This document shows, one piece after another, positions 19,339 through 28,091 of a stretch of 64,000 bases of DNA (positions are counted from its first letter, which is position 1; every line of letters begins with the position of its first letter). Position numbers and translations under genes: made by a program. Below the pieces are notes generated by a model. The model made no database searches. It was not told the origin of the DNA and was given only the letters and a program-made list of their open reading frames with translations. Source of the DNA: Candidatus Saccharimonadia bacterium. Its GTDB lineage: Bacteria; Patescibacteriota; Saccharimonadia; UBA4664. The stretch lies in NCBI GenBank assembly GCA_035479295.1, contig DATIIV010000012.1, positions 1,010-65,009 on the forward strand, written 5' to 3'.

Positions 19339-19555
19339 CGCCAACTCCCCCGATCACGTCGATCGCTACCCCGATGGCTCGATTAAGGCCAAGGGACCGG
19401 TCGTAGACGGTGAGCTTGAGGGTTACTGGGAGTGGTTTCGTCGGGATGGTTCAAAGTTGCGGTCGGGGCACTTTAGTAAGGGCCGCCCGGTGGGCGAGTG
19501 GATCACCTACGATCGACAGAGCCAGGTTTACAAGGTGACGCAGCGAAAGGGCTAG
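19325..19555 (+). CDS. Small MORN-variant/YwqK-like repeat protein
   Basis: YPDGSIKAKG, GYWEWFRRDG.K.RSG.F..G...GEW.TYD. Confidence 0.7.
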   Translation: MPTINANSPDHVDRYPDGSIKAKGPVVDGELEGYWEWFRRDGSKLRSGHFSKGRPVGEWITYDRQSQVYKVTQRKG

Positions 19556-19624
19556 GCCTCTGATGCCAGGCCGCTAGAGCTTTGCGCCTATTTATTACAA
19601 AACGCTTATGCTAATATGCGAGCC

Positions 19625-20251
19625 ATGTCAAAGCGCTCATTTTTGATTGGCTACAAGCTAATCTTTAGCCTCTTGGCCTTTAGCGCCATCATCACCGAGA
19701 TCGCCACTATCGCTGAGCGCGGTCGGTTCGTGCCAATCAACTTCTTTGGCTACTTCACCGTCGAATCAAACTTATTTGCCGCCGCCGTACTGCTACTGAG
19801 CGCCCTGGCAGTGGCTCAGAACTCCAGCGCGACTCATCGGCGCCTTAGTTTATTGCGCGGTGCGGCTACGGTGTATATGGCCACCACCGGCATCGTTTTT
19901 GCCCTACTTCTGTCGGGGCTTAATGTTGAGTTAACGGCTGTGCCATGGGACAATATCGTATTGCACTACCTGATGCCTTTGGCACTAGTGGCCGATTGGC
20001 TGATACAACGGCCAGCTTTTGAGATCCAATTGAGGCAGGCTGTGCCCTGGCTGATATTTCCGGTGGTCTACGTGGTGTACAGCCTAATCCGGGGCTGGTT
20101 CGCGGGTTGGTACCCCTATCCATTTCTTGACCCGGCCACCAATGGCTATGCAGGGGTGGCTGTGACGAGTCTTGGCATTGCGCTGCTCGAGGTTGCCTTA
20201 ATCTGGCTTGCTATTCAGTTTGGTCCAGCTAAGACTCGGACGAGACGCTAG
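19625..20251 (+). CDS. Pr6Pr family membrane protein
   Basis: NFFGYFT.ESN, LHY..P, DW, WYPYPFLDP. Confidence 0.85.
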   Translation: MSKRSFLIGYKLIFSLLAFSAIITEIATIAERGRFVPINFFGYFTVESNLFAAAVLLLSALAVAQNSSATHRRLSLLRGAATVYMATTGIVFALLLSGLNVELTAVPWDNIVLHYLMPLALVADWLIQRPAFEIQLRQAVPWLIFPVVYVVYSLIRGWFAGWYPYPFLDPATNGYAGVAVTSLGIALLEVALIWLAIQFGPAKTRTRR

Positions 20252-20314
20252 CCAAGCTGCCTTGCTGAGGCCATACATTTGGTGCACAATCAATCTATAA
20301 CTGAGGTGAACATC

Positions 20315-20500
20315 ATGTCGAAGCACGGATCTATGAACGCTGGTGCCGGTGGTGCGGTGTATGGCCTGGGCCTAATCGGGGCGCTCGTGTATTATCTTGG
20401 GCACGCCTCCTCATTTGGCATGGGCCTGGTGGGCATTCTTAAGGCTTTAGTGTGGCCGGCCTTTGTGGTCTACCAGTGGTTGGTATTTCTAAAGATGTAG
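20315..20500 (+). CDS. Small membrane protein
   Basis: GGAVYGLGLIGALVYY...LKALVWPAFVVY; SD GAGG. Confidence 0.7.
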   Translation: MSKHGSMNAGAGGAVYGLGLIGALVYYLGHASSFGMGLVGILKALVWPAFVVYQWLVFLKM

Positions 20501-20556
20501 CTGGCGGTAGGTATATCGGCGCTTTATAATAGACCAGGCACTAACCGGAGCAGCGG

Positions 20557-20961
20557 GTGATGAGACTTGAGGCGTATCTATTTTTTCCACGACAGGCCGA
20601 GGAGGCTATGAAGTTTTACCAGTCGGTTCTTGGTGGCGAGCTCAAGCTAACGCGCCGCGGCGAGGTCGATCCGACCGCGCCCGAGGACATGAAGCCGCTC
20701 ATTATTAACGCCGAGCTGACGAGCGGGGAGCTTACGCTGCGCGGTGCCGACAACACCGACACGCCGACCGAGCGGCAGCACCGGATGTCGCTAACGCTGA
20801 TAGGCTCGGATGAGGCCAAGCTGCGCCACATTTACGACCAGCTGGCGGCCGGCGGCTCGGCCGATCATCCGCTGGACAAGATGTTCTGGGGCGATATCTT
20901 TGGCGAACTGACCGACAAGTACGGCATTACTTGGCAGATCAATATTCTGGCGGCTAAGTAG
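20557..20961 (+). CDS. VOC/PhnB family protein
   Basis: YLFF...AEEAM.FY.SV.GG, FWG..FG.LTDKYGI.W. Confidence 0.9.
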   Translation: MMRLEAYLFFPRQAEEAMKFYQSVLGGELKLTRRGEVDPTAPEDMKPLIINAELTSGELTLRGADNTDTPTERQHRMSLTLIGSDEAKLRHIYDQLAAGGSADHPLDKMFWGDIFGELTDKYGITWQINILAAK

Positions 20962-21072
20962 GCGAGCCTCGCAAGATGGCTATAAGCTGTTGACGAAGCT
21001 GCTTTCGGTGTAATTATATAGCGGGCCTACAAAGGGTCATATCGGTTCACCTCAACCCCTGGAGGCAAGCTC

Positions 21073-21618
21073 GTGCTTTGTTTTCGAGCGTTATGCTCGG
21101 CAGTTTTGGCGATCGTTGTGCTGGCGGCTTGTAACGACCAAGGCGGTAACGCCGACAGCTCCAGCCAGTCGGCCAGTGTGAGCACGACGCCCACCGCGGC
21201 CTCGGCGGTATCGTCGACTGCGGCGGCCGTACCGAAGAATGCGCCTATCCTGGCCGGTAGTCGCTCAACGGCGGAATGGGCTCAAGCGGTCGCTGAACTG
21301 ACCGGCTGCGTCAGTCCGAGCATTAGCCCGTTGCCGGCGAGCAGTGGTCATCCCGATCCCTCGTACTGGATAGTCTGCCGGCCAGCCGATCGGACTGATC
21401 CGTCGGTGTATCGGCTGGCTGAGGTGTTCGTCTTTGATGACAACGCCGCCCGTGACCGCTACGTTCAGGGCGTCACAGGTCTGCGCCAGTTGGCCAACAA
21501 GGACGATACCTTCGACCCGCAGATCGTGGGCGACCGCTACGCCATGACAAACGCCGATGGCGTCAGCTTCGCGGCCAACCAGGCCGAAGCGGCCAGGCTG
21601 GGTGACTCGGTCAAGTAG
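21073..21618 (+). CDS. Putative lipoprotein (orphan)
   Basis: Lipobox LAAC, Ser/Thr/Ala-rich linker; SD GGAGG; downstream hairpin 21643-21683. Confidence 0.65.
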   Translation: MLCFRALCSAVLAIVVLAACNDQGGNADSSSQSASVSTTPTAASAVSSTAAAVPKNAPILAGSRSTAEWAQAVAELTGCVSPSISPLPASSGHPDPSYWIVCRPADRTDPSVYRLAEVFVFDDNAARDRYVQGVTGLRQLANKDDTFDPQIVGDRYAMTNADGVSFAANQAEAARLGDSVK

Positions 21619-21717
21619 GTCATTTGGGCGATTTTGTCCGCACCCCGACAGAGTGGCTTCGTGCCAAGTTCGCTCTGTCGGGGCGTCTTAGTTTTATGTA
21701 AATGCATCGTGGTGGTC

Positions 21718-21733
21718 TGTGAGTTTGATCACT
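21718..21733 (+). promoter_or_regulatory. Crp/Fnr-type box
   Basis: TGTGA-gtttga-TCACT, 21 nt before -10 TAGAAT (21755). Confidence 0.65.
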
Positions 21734-21795
21734 GCGCTCAAGAGTCGCCCGACATAGAATAAGAACAAGTTTGGGCTCTAAAGCTAGGAGGCCAC

Positions 21796-22434
21796 ATGAA
21801 GAAGCTAGATTTGCGCCAAGAGTATCCTCAACTATACCGATCTCGGGTTGGCCAGGTGCAAGAGGTGATGGCGCCAAAGCTCCAATTTATTATGGTAGAT
21901 GGCCAAGGTAGCCCCGAGAGCCCGGCCGGTGCGGCTGCCTTTGAGCAGGCTATCCAGGCGCTGTATGGCTTAAGCTTTGCGCTTAAGTTTGCTTGCAAGC
22001 AGGCTGGCGGGCCGGATTATGTGGTAGGCCCGCTGGAGGCGTGTTGGCGCATGGCCGATGACGCCGATTTTGATTCGGCTCGGCCGGCCGACTGGCGATG
22101 GACGGCTATGATAATGCAGCCCGATTTTATTACGTCACAAGAGTACGCCCTTGCCCTACAAAAACTTCAGCGCACGCGGCCGAGTGCCATCCTTAATGAG
22201 GTGCGCCTGGCTGTGCTTGAAGAGGGCCGGTCGATTCAGACCATGCACCAAGGGCCCTATGACGCCGAGGCGCCGACCTTGCAGCGCTTAGCCGACTACG
22301 CCGAGGCCCACGGTTACGCCTGGAACGGTGACCACCACGAGATTTATTTGAGCGATCCGCGTCGGACGGCCCCCGAGCGGCTGCGCACCATTCTGCGTCG
22401 ACCAGTGCGAGCAGCCGATACTGCCTGCGGGTGA
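21796..22434 (+). CDS. GyrI-like domain protein
   Basis: VDG.G.P, Y.V.PLE..W, W.WT.MI.QP, H.GPY..E, HHEIYLSDPRRT. Confidence 0.88.
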   Translation: MKKLDLRQEYPQLYRSRVGQVQEVMAPKLQFIMVDGQGSPESPAGAAAFEQAIQALYGLSFALKFACKQAGGPDYVVGPLEACWRMADDADFDSARPADWRWTAMIMQPDFITSQEYALALQKLQRTRPSAILNEVRLAVLEEGRSIQTMHQGPYDAEAPTLQRLADYAEAHGYAWNGDHHEIYLSDPRRTAPERLRTILRRPVRAADTACG

Positions 22435-22445
22435 TCCATATCACT
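22430..22445 (+). promoter_or_regulatory. Crp/Fnr-type box
   Basis: GGTGA-tccata-TCACT, 21 nt before -10 TACACT (22467). Confidence 0.6.
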
Positions 22446-22496
22446 GCGGGTGATGCCTTCTAGCGATACACTAAGGGCGTAAACGGAGGAGCTGGC

Positions 22497-22694
22497 ATGA
22501 AGACATTAGTAAGGGCTCGTCTGCCGGAGGCACCGCCGCACAACCTCATGACCGCCGCTCAGGTGCGCCGAATCCTGCGCTCGGAGGCGCATTGTTCGTG
22601 GGAGGCCGCCTTTGAGCAGGCCAAATATCGCTTAGATCATCCCCGCTTTTTGGAGCCATCCGTGAGCCCTCGAGCGGAGCAAGAGGAGGATTAG
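22497..22694 (+). CDS. Hypothetical protein
   Basis: SD GGAGGAG; first gene of a closely spaced four-gene run ending in the Crp gene. Confidence 0.6.
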   Translation: MKTLVRARLPEAPPHNLMTAAQVRRILRSEAHCSWEAAFEQAKYRLDHPRFLEPSVSPRAEQEED

Positions 22695-22696
22695 CC

Positions 22697-23035
22697 ATGA
22701 CATTCACCTGGAAAGACGCTATCACCACCGTGTTTGCGGTGGCAGTGGCAGCGCTCACTTACGCTAAGTACACTGGCTGGAGCAGCTGGCTGACAGCGCC
22801 GCGGCTGGGCATACTTACGCTGGGCGCAGTAGGCTTGGCCATGTGTATCCTCGGTGCCCCAGCGCCAGGCTACACGCCGTGGAATCTAGCATTAGGGGCA
22901 CTCGGCGCCATTGCCATCGCGTTTGTGGTAAGCGGGCTCATCTTGGGCAGTAGCTGGCTATTCTTTGCCTTGGCTGGCGATCTGGTGGCCTTGTGGCTAC
23001 TGACGACCGTAAAGCATGTCTTTCGATTGGCTTAG
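22697..23035 (+). CDS. Hypothetical four-TM membrane protein
   Basis: SD GAGGAGG; hydrophobic. Confidence 0.7.
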   Translation: MTFTWKDAITTVFAVAVAALTYAKYTGWSSWLTAPRLGILTLGAVGLAMCILGAPAPGYTPWNLALGALGAIAIAFVVSGLILGSSWLFFALAGDLVALWLLTTVKHVFRLA

Positions 23036-23038
23036 GCT

Positions 23039-23392
23039 ATGCTCACGCTCCTGCGCAAAGGCGATTACCGCCTCATAGAGACCAAGGGGCAAGTGAAGAT
23101 CTTGTACCTCGACGATGACGTTTATGCTTGGGTGCACGCCCAAGACATCGGTGAGCTCTTGATCGCCTCACACGTGCCGCACCGGGCTGACTATCACTTG
23201 GCATCCGGCCGCTACCGGCTCTATGAGGCGGAATCAGAGGCTCGATTTGCTAGTCAGCAGCACCTTGAGCTCTTGGTGGGCAAGCGGCATTGGCAGGGCT
23301 ACCTGCTACCCGCAGGATTACCGGATGGCAGCCAGCTACGAGTACGCCTTATCCCGACGTTGGAGTGCATAACGCTACCTCAGGTCGTATAG
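23039..23392 (+). CDS. Hypothetical protein
   Basis: G.YRLIETK, QHLEL, WQGYLLP.GLP; starts 3 nt after the upstream stop. Confidence 0.7.
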   Translation: MLTLLRKGDYRLIETKGQVKILYLDDDVYAWVHAQDIGELLIASHVPHRADYHLASGRYRLYEAESEARFASQQHLELLVGKRHWQGYLLPAGLPDGSQLRVRLIPTLECITLPQVV

Positions 23393-23399
23393 TGGTAAT

Positions 23400-24050
23400 A
23401 TGGATCTTCTTGTTGTAGCACAGAAAATTGAGACATTCTTTGCCGACTTTCCGAGACGGCAGTACCAACCTGGTCAGATCTTAATTCAGGCTCAGGATAA
23501 TCCGGAGTATGTTTTTTATGTGGTTGAGGGCCGAATAAAGCAGTATGACATCTCAGAGCGGGGCGATGAGGTTGTGCTTAACACCTTTAAGTCGCCGGCC
23601 TTCTTTCCAATGTCCTACGCTATAACTAAGCAGCCCAATGAGTATTTTTACGAAGCCGAGGTGGAGACTACGGCTCACATCGCGCCCCCGGCCGAAGTTG
23701 TGGCTTTTATTCGAGCTAATCCTGATGTTATGTATGATTTATTATCGCGGGTTTATCAAGGGTTGGACGGCCTACTGGGCCGACTGGCTCACATGATGGC
23801 CGGCAGTGCGCGCGGCCGGGTGCTGTACGAGCTGCTCATTGAGGGCCGTCGATTTGGTGAGGAGCGGGGCCATGGCGTCATGCTGACTCTGACCGAGACC
23901 GATCTGGCGATTCACGCTGGCTTGGCGCGCGAAACGGTTAGCCGCGAGATCGGCAAACTTAAAGCCGAGGGGCTTGTCTCGGTGATCAAGAACGAGATGT
24001 TTGTTAACTCGCTTGACCGGCTGGCCGAAGTGGTCAGTAAGGAGTTATAG
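23400..24050 (+). CDS. Crp/Fnr family transcriptional regulator
   Basis: cNMP-like beta domain (VVEGRIK); HTH LA...GLARETVSRE. Confidence 0.9.
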   Translation: MDLLVVAQKIETFFADFPRRQYQPGQILIQAQDNPEYVFYVVEGRIKQYDISERGDEVVLNTFKSPAFFPMSYAITKQPNEYFYEAEVETTAHIAPPAEVVAFIRANPDVMYDLLSRVYQGLDGLLGRLAHMMAGSARGRVLYELLIEGRRFGEERGHGVMLTLTETDLAIHAGLARETVSREIGKLKAEGLVSVIKNEMFVNSLDRLAEVVSKEL

Positions 24051-24075
24051 GTAGATGGGGCTTATAGCGAAGCAT

Positions 24076-24666
24076 ATGAAAGATCAAGTCGGCACAATCC
24101 CCGTCGTGGAGCTGTTTATTATCGTGGTCGCTATAGCGGCGGTGAGTTTTGCGGTGTATGCGTCGTTGCGGGCACGTGGCACATTTACGCTAGCACCAAT
24201 GATGAGCCCAAGCGCCTCGCCGCTAGGCAATGCCTCGCCCCTGCCAGCGGCCAGTGAGTTTGATGTGCCAGAGTTGGGCTTTAAGCTGGCGCCACCGTCT
24301 GGCTTGCCTGATCTGGTTTATAGCACCGACCTCAACCGGACCGGCAGCCTGGGCGATGGTACCTCATATAGTGTCTCGACGGTTAAGTTGTCGAGCCAGT
24401 CGCTGCAGCAGGCCGGTGGGTCTGGCTCGAGCTGCTCGTCCGAGAAGATGCCGCTGGGGCTCATCTCGCGTTACTCGTTTGATCCTACAGGCAAGATTAT
24501 GGATGTGGCCAAGGTTAAAAAAGTGGGCAGCTTTTATCTGGCCTACGCTGGTCCACAGTCCACCTGTACCGCCGCTAATGCCGCTAATGCGACTGAGGTT
24601 AATGATCTGCAGAGCGCCCAAGTCCAGCTGATGCAGCAGGCCTTTGCTACGGCGGCAGCGCTCTAG
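24076..24666 (+). CDS. Membrane-anchored protein with degenerate pilin-like N-terminus
   Basis: MKDQVGTIPVVELFIIVVAIAAVSF; two Cys in the extracellular part. Confidence 0.6.
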   Translation: MKDQVGTIPVVELFIIVVAIAAVSFAVYASLRARGTFTLAPMMSPSASPLGNASPLPAASEFDVPELGFKLAPPSGLPDLVYSTDLNRTGSLGDGTSYSVSTVKLSSQSLQQAGGSGSSCSSEKMPLGLISRYSFDPTGKIMDVAKVKKVGSFYLAYAGPQSTCTAANAANATEVNDLQSAQVQLMQQAFATAAAL

Positions 24667-24724
24667 CCGGCCGAATCGCTGCCGGTCGTGTATGATAAAA
24701 GGGAACGGAGATAACTGACCCAGC

Positions 24725-25207
24725 ATGAACGAACTTATTATTATCTGCGCCAAGTACCTATTTATAGTAAGCCTAATAGCGGTGGTGGTTTACTGGTGGC
24801 GGCTACCTCGTGCCGATAAGAAGCCATTTTTGGTGCTGCTGGTGGTGGGCGGTGTGCTGTCGTATGCGCTAGCTAAGCTGTCGGGCCACTTCATTTACGA
24901 TGCTCGGCCGTTCGTGTCAGAGCACATTACGCCCCTGATTCCGCATGCCAACGACAATGGCTTCCCGTCTGACCACACGTTGCTAACCTCGTGGCTAGCC
25001 TGGGTTGTGTTGGCGTTCTCGCGCAAATGGGGCGCTGCGTTGTTGGCGGTGGCCGTGGTAGTGGGTGCGGCTCGGGTGATGGCCGGTATTCACCATCCGC
25101 TCGATATTGCTGGGGCCTTGGCGGTGACGGGCCTGGCCACTTTGGTGGCTTGGTGGAGCTTAAACAAATGGCTCCCTCAAGATTCTGCTTGGCGCCGACA
25201 AAGTTAG
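24725..25207 (+). CDS. PAP2 family phosphatase (BcrC-like undecaprenyl-diphosphatase)
   Basis: RPFV, FPSDH, ARV.AG.HHP.DI. Confidence 0.85.
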   Translation: MNELIIICAKYLFIVSLIAVVVYWWRLPRADKKPFLVLLVVGGVLSYALAKLSGHFIYDARPFVSEHITPLIPHANDNGFPSDHTLLTSWLAWVVLAFSRKWGAALLAVAVVVGAARVMAGIHHPLDIAGALAVTGLATLVAWWSLNKWLPQDSAWRRQS

Positions 25208-25447
25208 CAGTGCGAGCCTCTGCACAAAACCTCCAAGCGTTGTGACCTGCTGCGTAATCATTTGGTCAATTTATTTAGGCATAGCCAATCGGTGCCGGCC
25301 ATTAGCTTGGCGCTGCTGACCGGGGCCATGTATGGTCGGGCGATCGGGAGCGGCCGCCAGATTATGAAGATTCTGACCGAGCAAAAGGTGTTCGCGCGCG
25401 GCCATCGGCATCGTTCGTCCTAAGCCCGCATCCGCTATAATGTGCTT

Positions 25448-26560
25448 ATGCTAAAGCCAAAGGCCGTGGCGGCCGCTCTCCAGTCAGTCGTGGTCTTGGC
25501 CGCGCTGGCGCTGCCGGCGGTGGCCGCGGCACACCCGGTTAATTACAACGCCATTCAGACGGTTTTGTATGTGCAGGGGAGCCAAATAAGCCTGCATACC
25601 GATATTTCGGCCAGCATTATTTCGGCTCTCAATAAGCAAAACCCTGACCCTTCGGCCGAACTAAGCTACTTTCAAGCGTACGTAGCGCGCGGTCTTACGA
25701 TTAGCCAAAACGGCCAGGCTTGTCCATTTACGCTGACCGCCATCAATACCGCCCCCAGCATCAATACGCTCGACGGCAACTTTGTCTGCTCGACGCCGGT
25801 AACCGTCCCGACACAGCTGCAGATTCATAGCCAAGTCTTCGTAGAGCACTCCGATACGGCCAACCACTTCGTGACCGTGGGCTTGGCCGGGCAGCAGTGG
25901 CAGCTGGTCTTTACGCCGCAACACCAGGATTATCCGGGCGATGTGGCGGCCCAGCATTATACGCCGGCTGCGCCCACTGCGGCCGCTACCGCCACTCGGT
26001 TCTCGGCCGTGGCCGGGCAGTTTATTGGCCTGGGTATTCTGCATATTCTTACCGGCTACGATCACATTCTATTCCTCGTTTCCATTGTGTTGCTGTTGCG
26101 GTCGTGGAAGCGCATTCTGGTTCTGCTCACTACCTTTACCGTGGCCCATTCCATTACGCTGATTCTGGCCGGTCTGCATATCGTCGCGCTGTCGCCGCGG
26201 CTGGTGGAGCCGCTTATCGCGCTGTCCATCGTCTACATGGCGCTGCGCGATGCGGCCGTACTGCGTTGGCGCTGGCCCGACCGGCCGCTGCCGCGATTGG
26301 CCGCTACCGGCGGATTTGGCCTTATTCATGGCCTGGGTTTTGCTGGGGCTATTACGCAGGCTAATATTCCGGCGGCTTATTTGGTGCCGTCGTTACTCTT
26401 CTTTAATGTGGGCGTGGAACTGGGCCAACTGTGCGTGATGGCGGTGGTGTTGCCACTACTGTTCTTGGTCGATACGTTGTCCGGCCGGCGCCGCTGGCTG
26501 TTTGGTGCCTCGCTCGCCATCGCCGCGCTGGCCGCCATCTGGTTTGTGCAACGGTTGTGA
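25448..26560 (+). CDS. HupE/UreJ family protein with N-terminal extracellular domain
   Basis: Signal AAAH; HILTGYDHILF, FTVAHSITL, FGLIHGLGFA, FNVGVELGQ. Confidence 0.88.
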   Translation: MLKPKAVAAALQSVVVLAALALPAVAAAHPVNYNAIQTVLYVQGSQISLHTDISASIISALNKQNPDPSAELSYFQAYVARGLTISQNGQACPFTLTAINTAPSINTLDGNFVCSTPVTVPTQLQIHSQVFVEHSDTANHFVTVGLAGQQWQLVFTPQHQDYPGDVAAQHYTPAAPTAAATATRFSAVAGQFIGLGILHILTGYDHILFLVSIVLLLRSWKRILVLLTTFTVAHSITLILAGLHIVALSPRLVEPLIALSIVYMALRDAAVLRWRWPDRPLPRLAATGGFGLIHGLGFAGAITQANIPAAYLVPSLLFFNVGVELGQLCVMAVVLPLLFLVDTLSGRRRWLFGASLAIAALAAIWFVQRL

Positions 26561-26571
26561 CATTGATCACT
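26556..26571 (+). promoter_or_regulatory. Crp/Fnr-type box
   Basis: TGTGA-cattga-TCACT, 22 nt before -10-like TATAAC (26594). Confidence 0.65.
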
Positions 26572-26619
26572 GTTATTTGCATACTACTTATGCTATAACG
26601 CCAAAAAGGATTGAATATT

Positions 26620-27168
26620 ATGGACCGCAAGCTTGTTGATAAGCTACTCACCTCGGCCGGCGTTTTGGTTATGGTCATGTTTATTATTGGTGGCGCTCTG
26701 GCTACCTGGGGTGATAGCTTTGCGGCCAGCCAAATTCAGTCGCAGCTGACCCAGGAAAAGATCTACTTTCCCAAGGCTGGCTCGCCAGCGCTCGACCCCA
26801 AGGAGTTCCCCGGTCTGCAGCAGTACGCCGGCACACCGGTGGATAATGGCGACAAGGCCAAAGCCTACGCTGACCAGTTTATTTGGCACCATATGATGAA
26901 GGCCTCGGGTGGCAAGACCTACGCCGAGGTGAGTGCCTTGGCCCAGGCCAGCCCCCAGGATCCCAAGCTGGCGGCGCTCAAAGCCACCCTGTTTCAGGGC
27001 GACATGCTGCGGTCGAGCCTGCTAACGGCCTATGCCTTCTCGCGCTTTGGCCTGATCGCGCACTGGTCGGCCTTGGCTTGCTACAGCGGTGCTTTCGTTA
27101 TGTTCATCTTGGTCTTACTGGGACTGGCCCATATGGCGGCGCCGGCTCGCGTTTCGCGACGGCGCTAG
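26620..27168 (+). CDS. Conserved two-TM membrane protein
   Basis: QL..EKI.FP, AYADQFI..H, GKTYAE, TLFQG..LR..LL.AY.F. Confidence 0.75.
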   Translation: MDRKLVDKLLTSAGVLVMVMFIIGGALATWGDSFAASQIQSQLTQEKIYFPKAGSPALDPKEFPGLQQYAGTPVDNGDKAKAYADQFIWHHMMKASGGKTYAEVSALAQASPQDPKLAALKATLFQGDMLRSSLLTAYAFSRFGLIAHWSALACYSGAFVMFILVLLGLAHMAAPARVSRRR

Positions 27169-27204
27169 GCTTGCGGTCAAACTCCATATTGTATACTTGT
27201 TAGC

Positions 27205-27744
27205 ATGAAGCCGCGCATCATCTTTATTCATGGCAACCAGGCTACCAATTGGCGCTTTGCCTGGACGCCGTGGCTAAAGACCGAGCTGGAGCAGCGCGGC
27301 TACGATACGACCTTCGAGACGATGCCCGACTCGATTATTGCTCGGGCCGAATACTGGCTGCCGTGCATGCAGGATTTCCTCAAGATCGGTGAGCAGGATG
27401 TGATCGTCGGCTGGTCATCTGGTGCGGTGGCGGCTCTGCGCTACGCCGAGACGCACCAGATCCGGGGTTCGGTGCTCGTCTCGCCTTCGTACACCGATTT
27501 GGGCGATGCGCTGGAAAAGCAGAGCGGGTACTTTGATAAGCCCTGGGATTGGGCCGCCATCAAGGCCAACCAGGCGCACATTGGCCTGGTCTATGGCGAC
27601 GACGATCCGTACATTCCGCAGGCTGAGTTTGAGCACATCGCCGCTGAGCTGCAGCCGGATGTTATGAAGGTAGCCGGCGGTCGACACTTTATTGAGCGGC
27701 AACAACTGCCTGAAGTGCTTGATTACATTGAGGCTAAATTTTAG
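27205..27744 (+). CDS. RBBP9/YdeN-family alpha/beta hydrolase
   Basis: IFIHGN, GWSSG, DDPYIP, HF. Confidence 0.85.
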   Translation: MKPRIIFIHGNQATNWRFAWTPWLKTELEQRGYDTTFETMPDSIIARAEYWLPCMQDFLKIGEQDVIVGWSSGAVAALRYAETHQIRGSVLVSPSYTDLGDALEKQSGYFDKPWDWAAIKANQAHIGLVYGDDDPYIPQAEFEHIAAELQPDVMKVAGGRHFIERQQLPEVLDYIEAKF

Positions 27745-28026
27745 CTCGACTGCCGAGGCATCACCGTAAACGTGCCCTCAACTTCATCTTGGAGGTGGTC
27801 GTGAAAGCGGAAGTCACCGGCCTGATTGAGGGTGATCGTAAGACTCTCACCCTGGGCTAGCCTGGTTGAGTTGCAGTGTTACCTGGTGGTGCACCGGTGC
27901 ATTGGGTCGATTGGCGCAGATATTAGGGGCGGTAGCGGCCAGCAGCCGTTGATTAACCACTACCGTGGCGCTAGCAGTTCCTAGCACAAGTACGATAAGT
28001 AGTCCGGTCAGCCAGCGTTGGCGCAT
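27741..28026 (-). pseudogene. Cupredoxin-like protein, internally deleted and frameshifted
   Basis: Signal-bearing N-part ends QASPG*. A second frame across the same GCTAGCCCAGG gives LAQGESLTITLNQAGDFRFHDHLQDEVEGTFTV, a cupredoxin-like C-terminus. Confidence 0.65.
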
Positions 28027-28091
28027 TGCCGCACCTCCATAATGGTTTAACAGTAGCATAACGCCAACCAGAAAGCTGGTATGATGGAGCT

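Noticed and set aside
19325-19555. Toxin-antitoxin pair (YwqK-like)
   Set aside because: Only a MORN-variant repeat similarity; no toxin-like neighbour identified.
25262-25423. 53-codon ORF between the PAP2 and HupE/UreJ genes
   Set aside because: TTG start, no SD or promoter, no recognisable family; at most a remnant.
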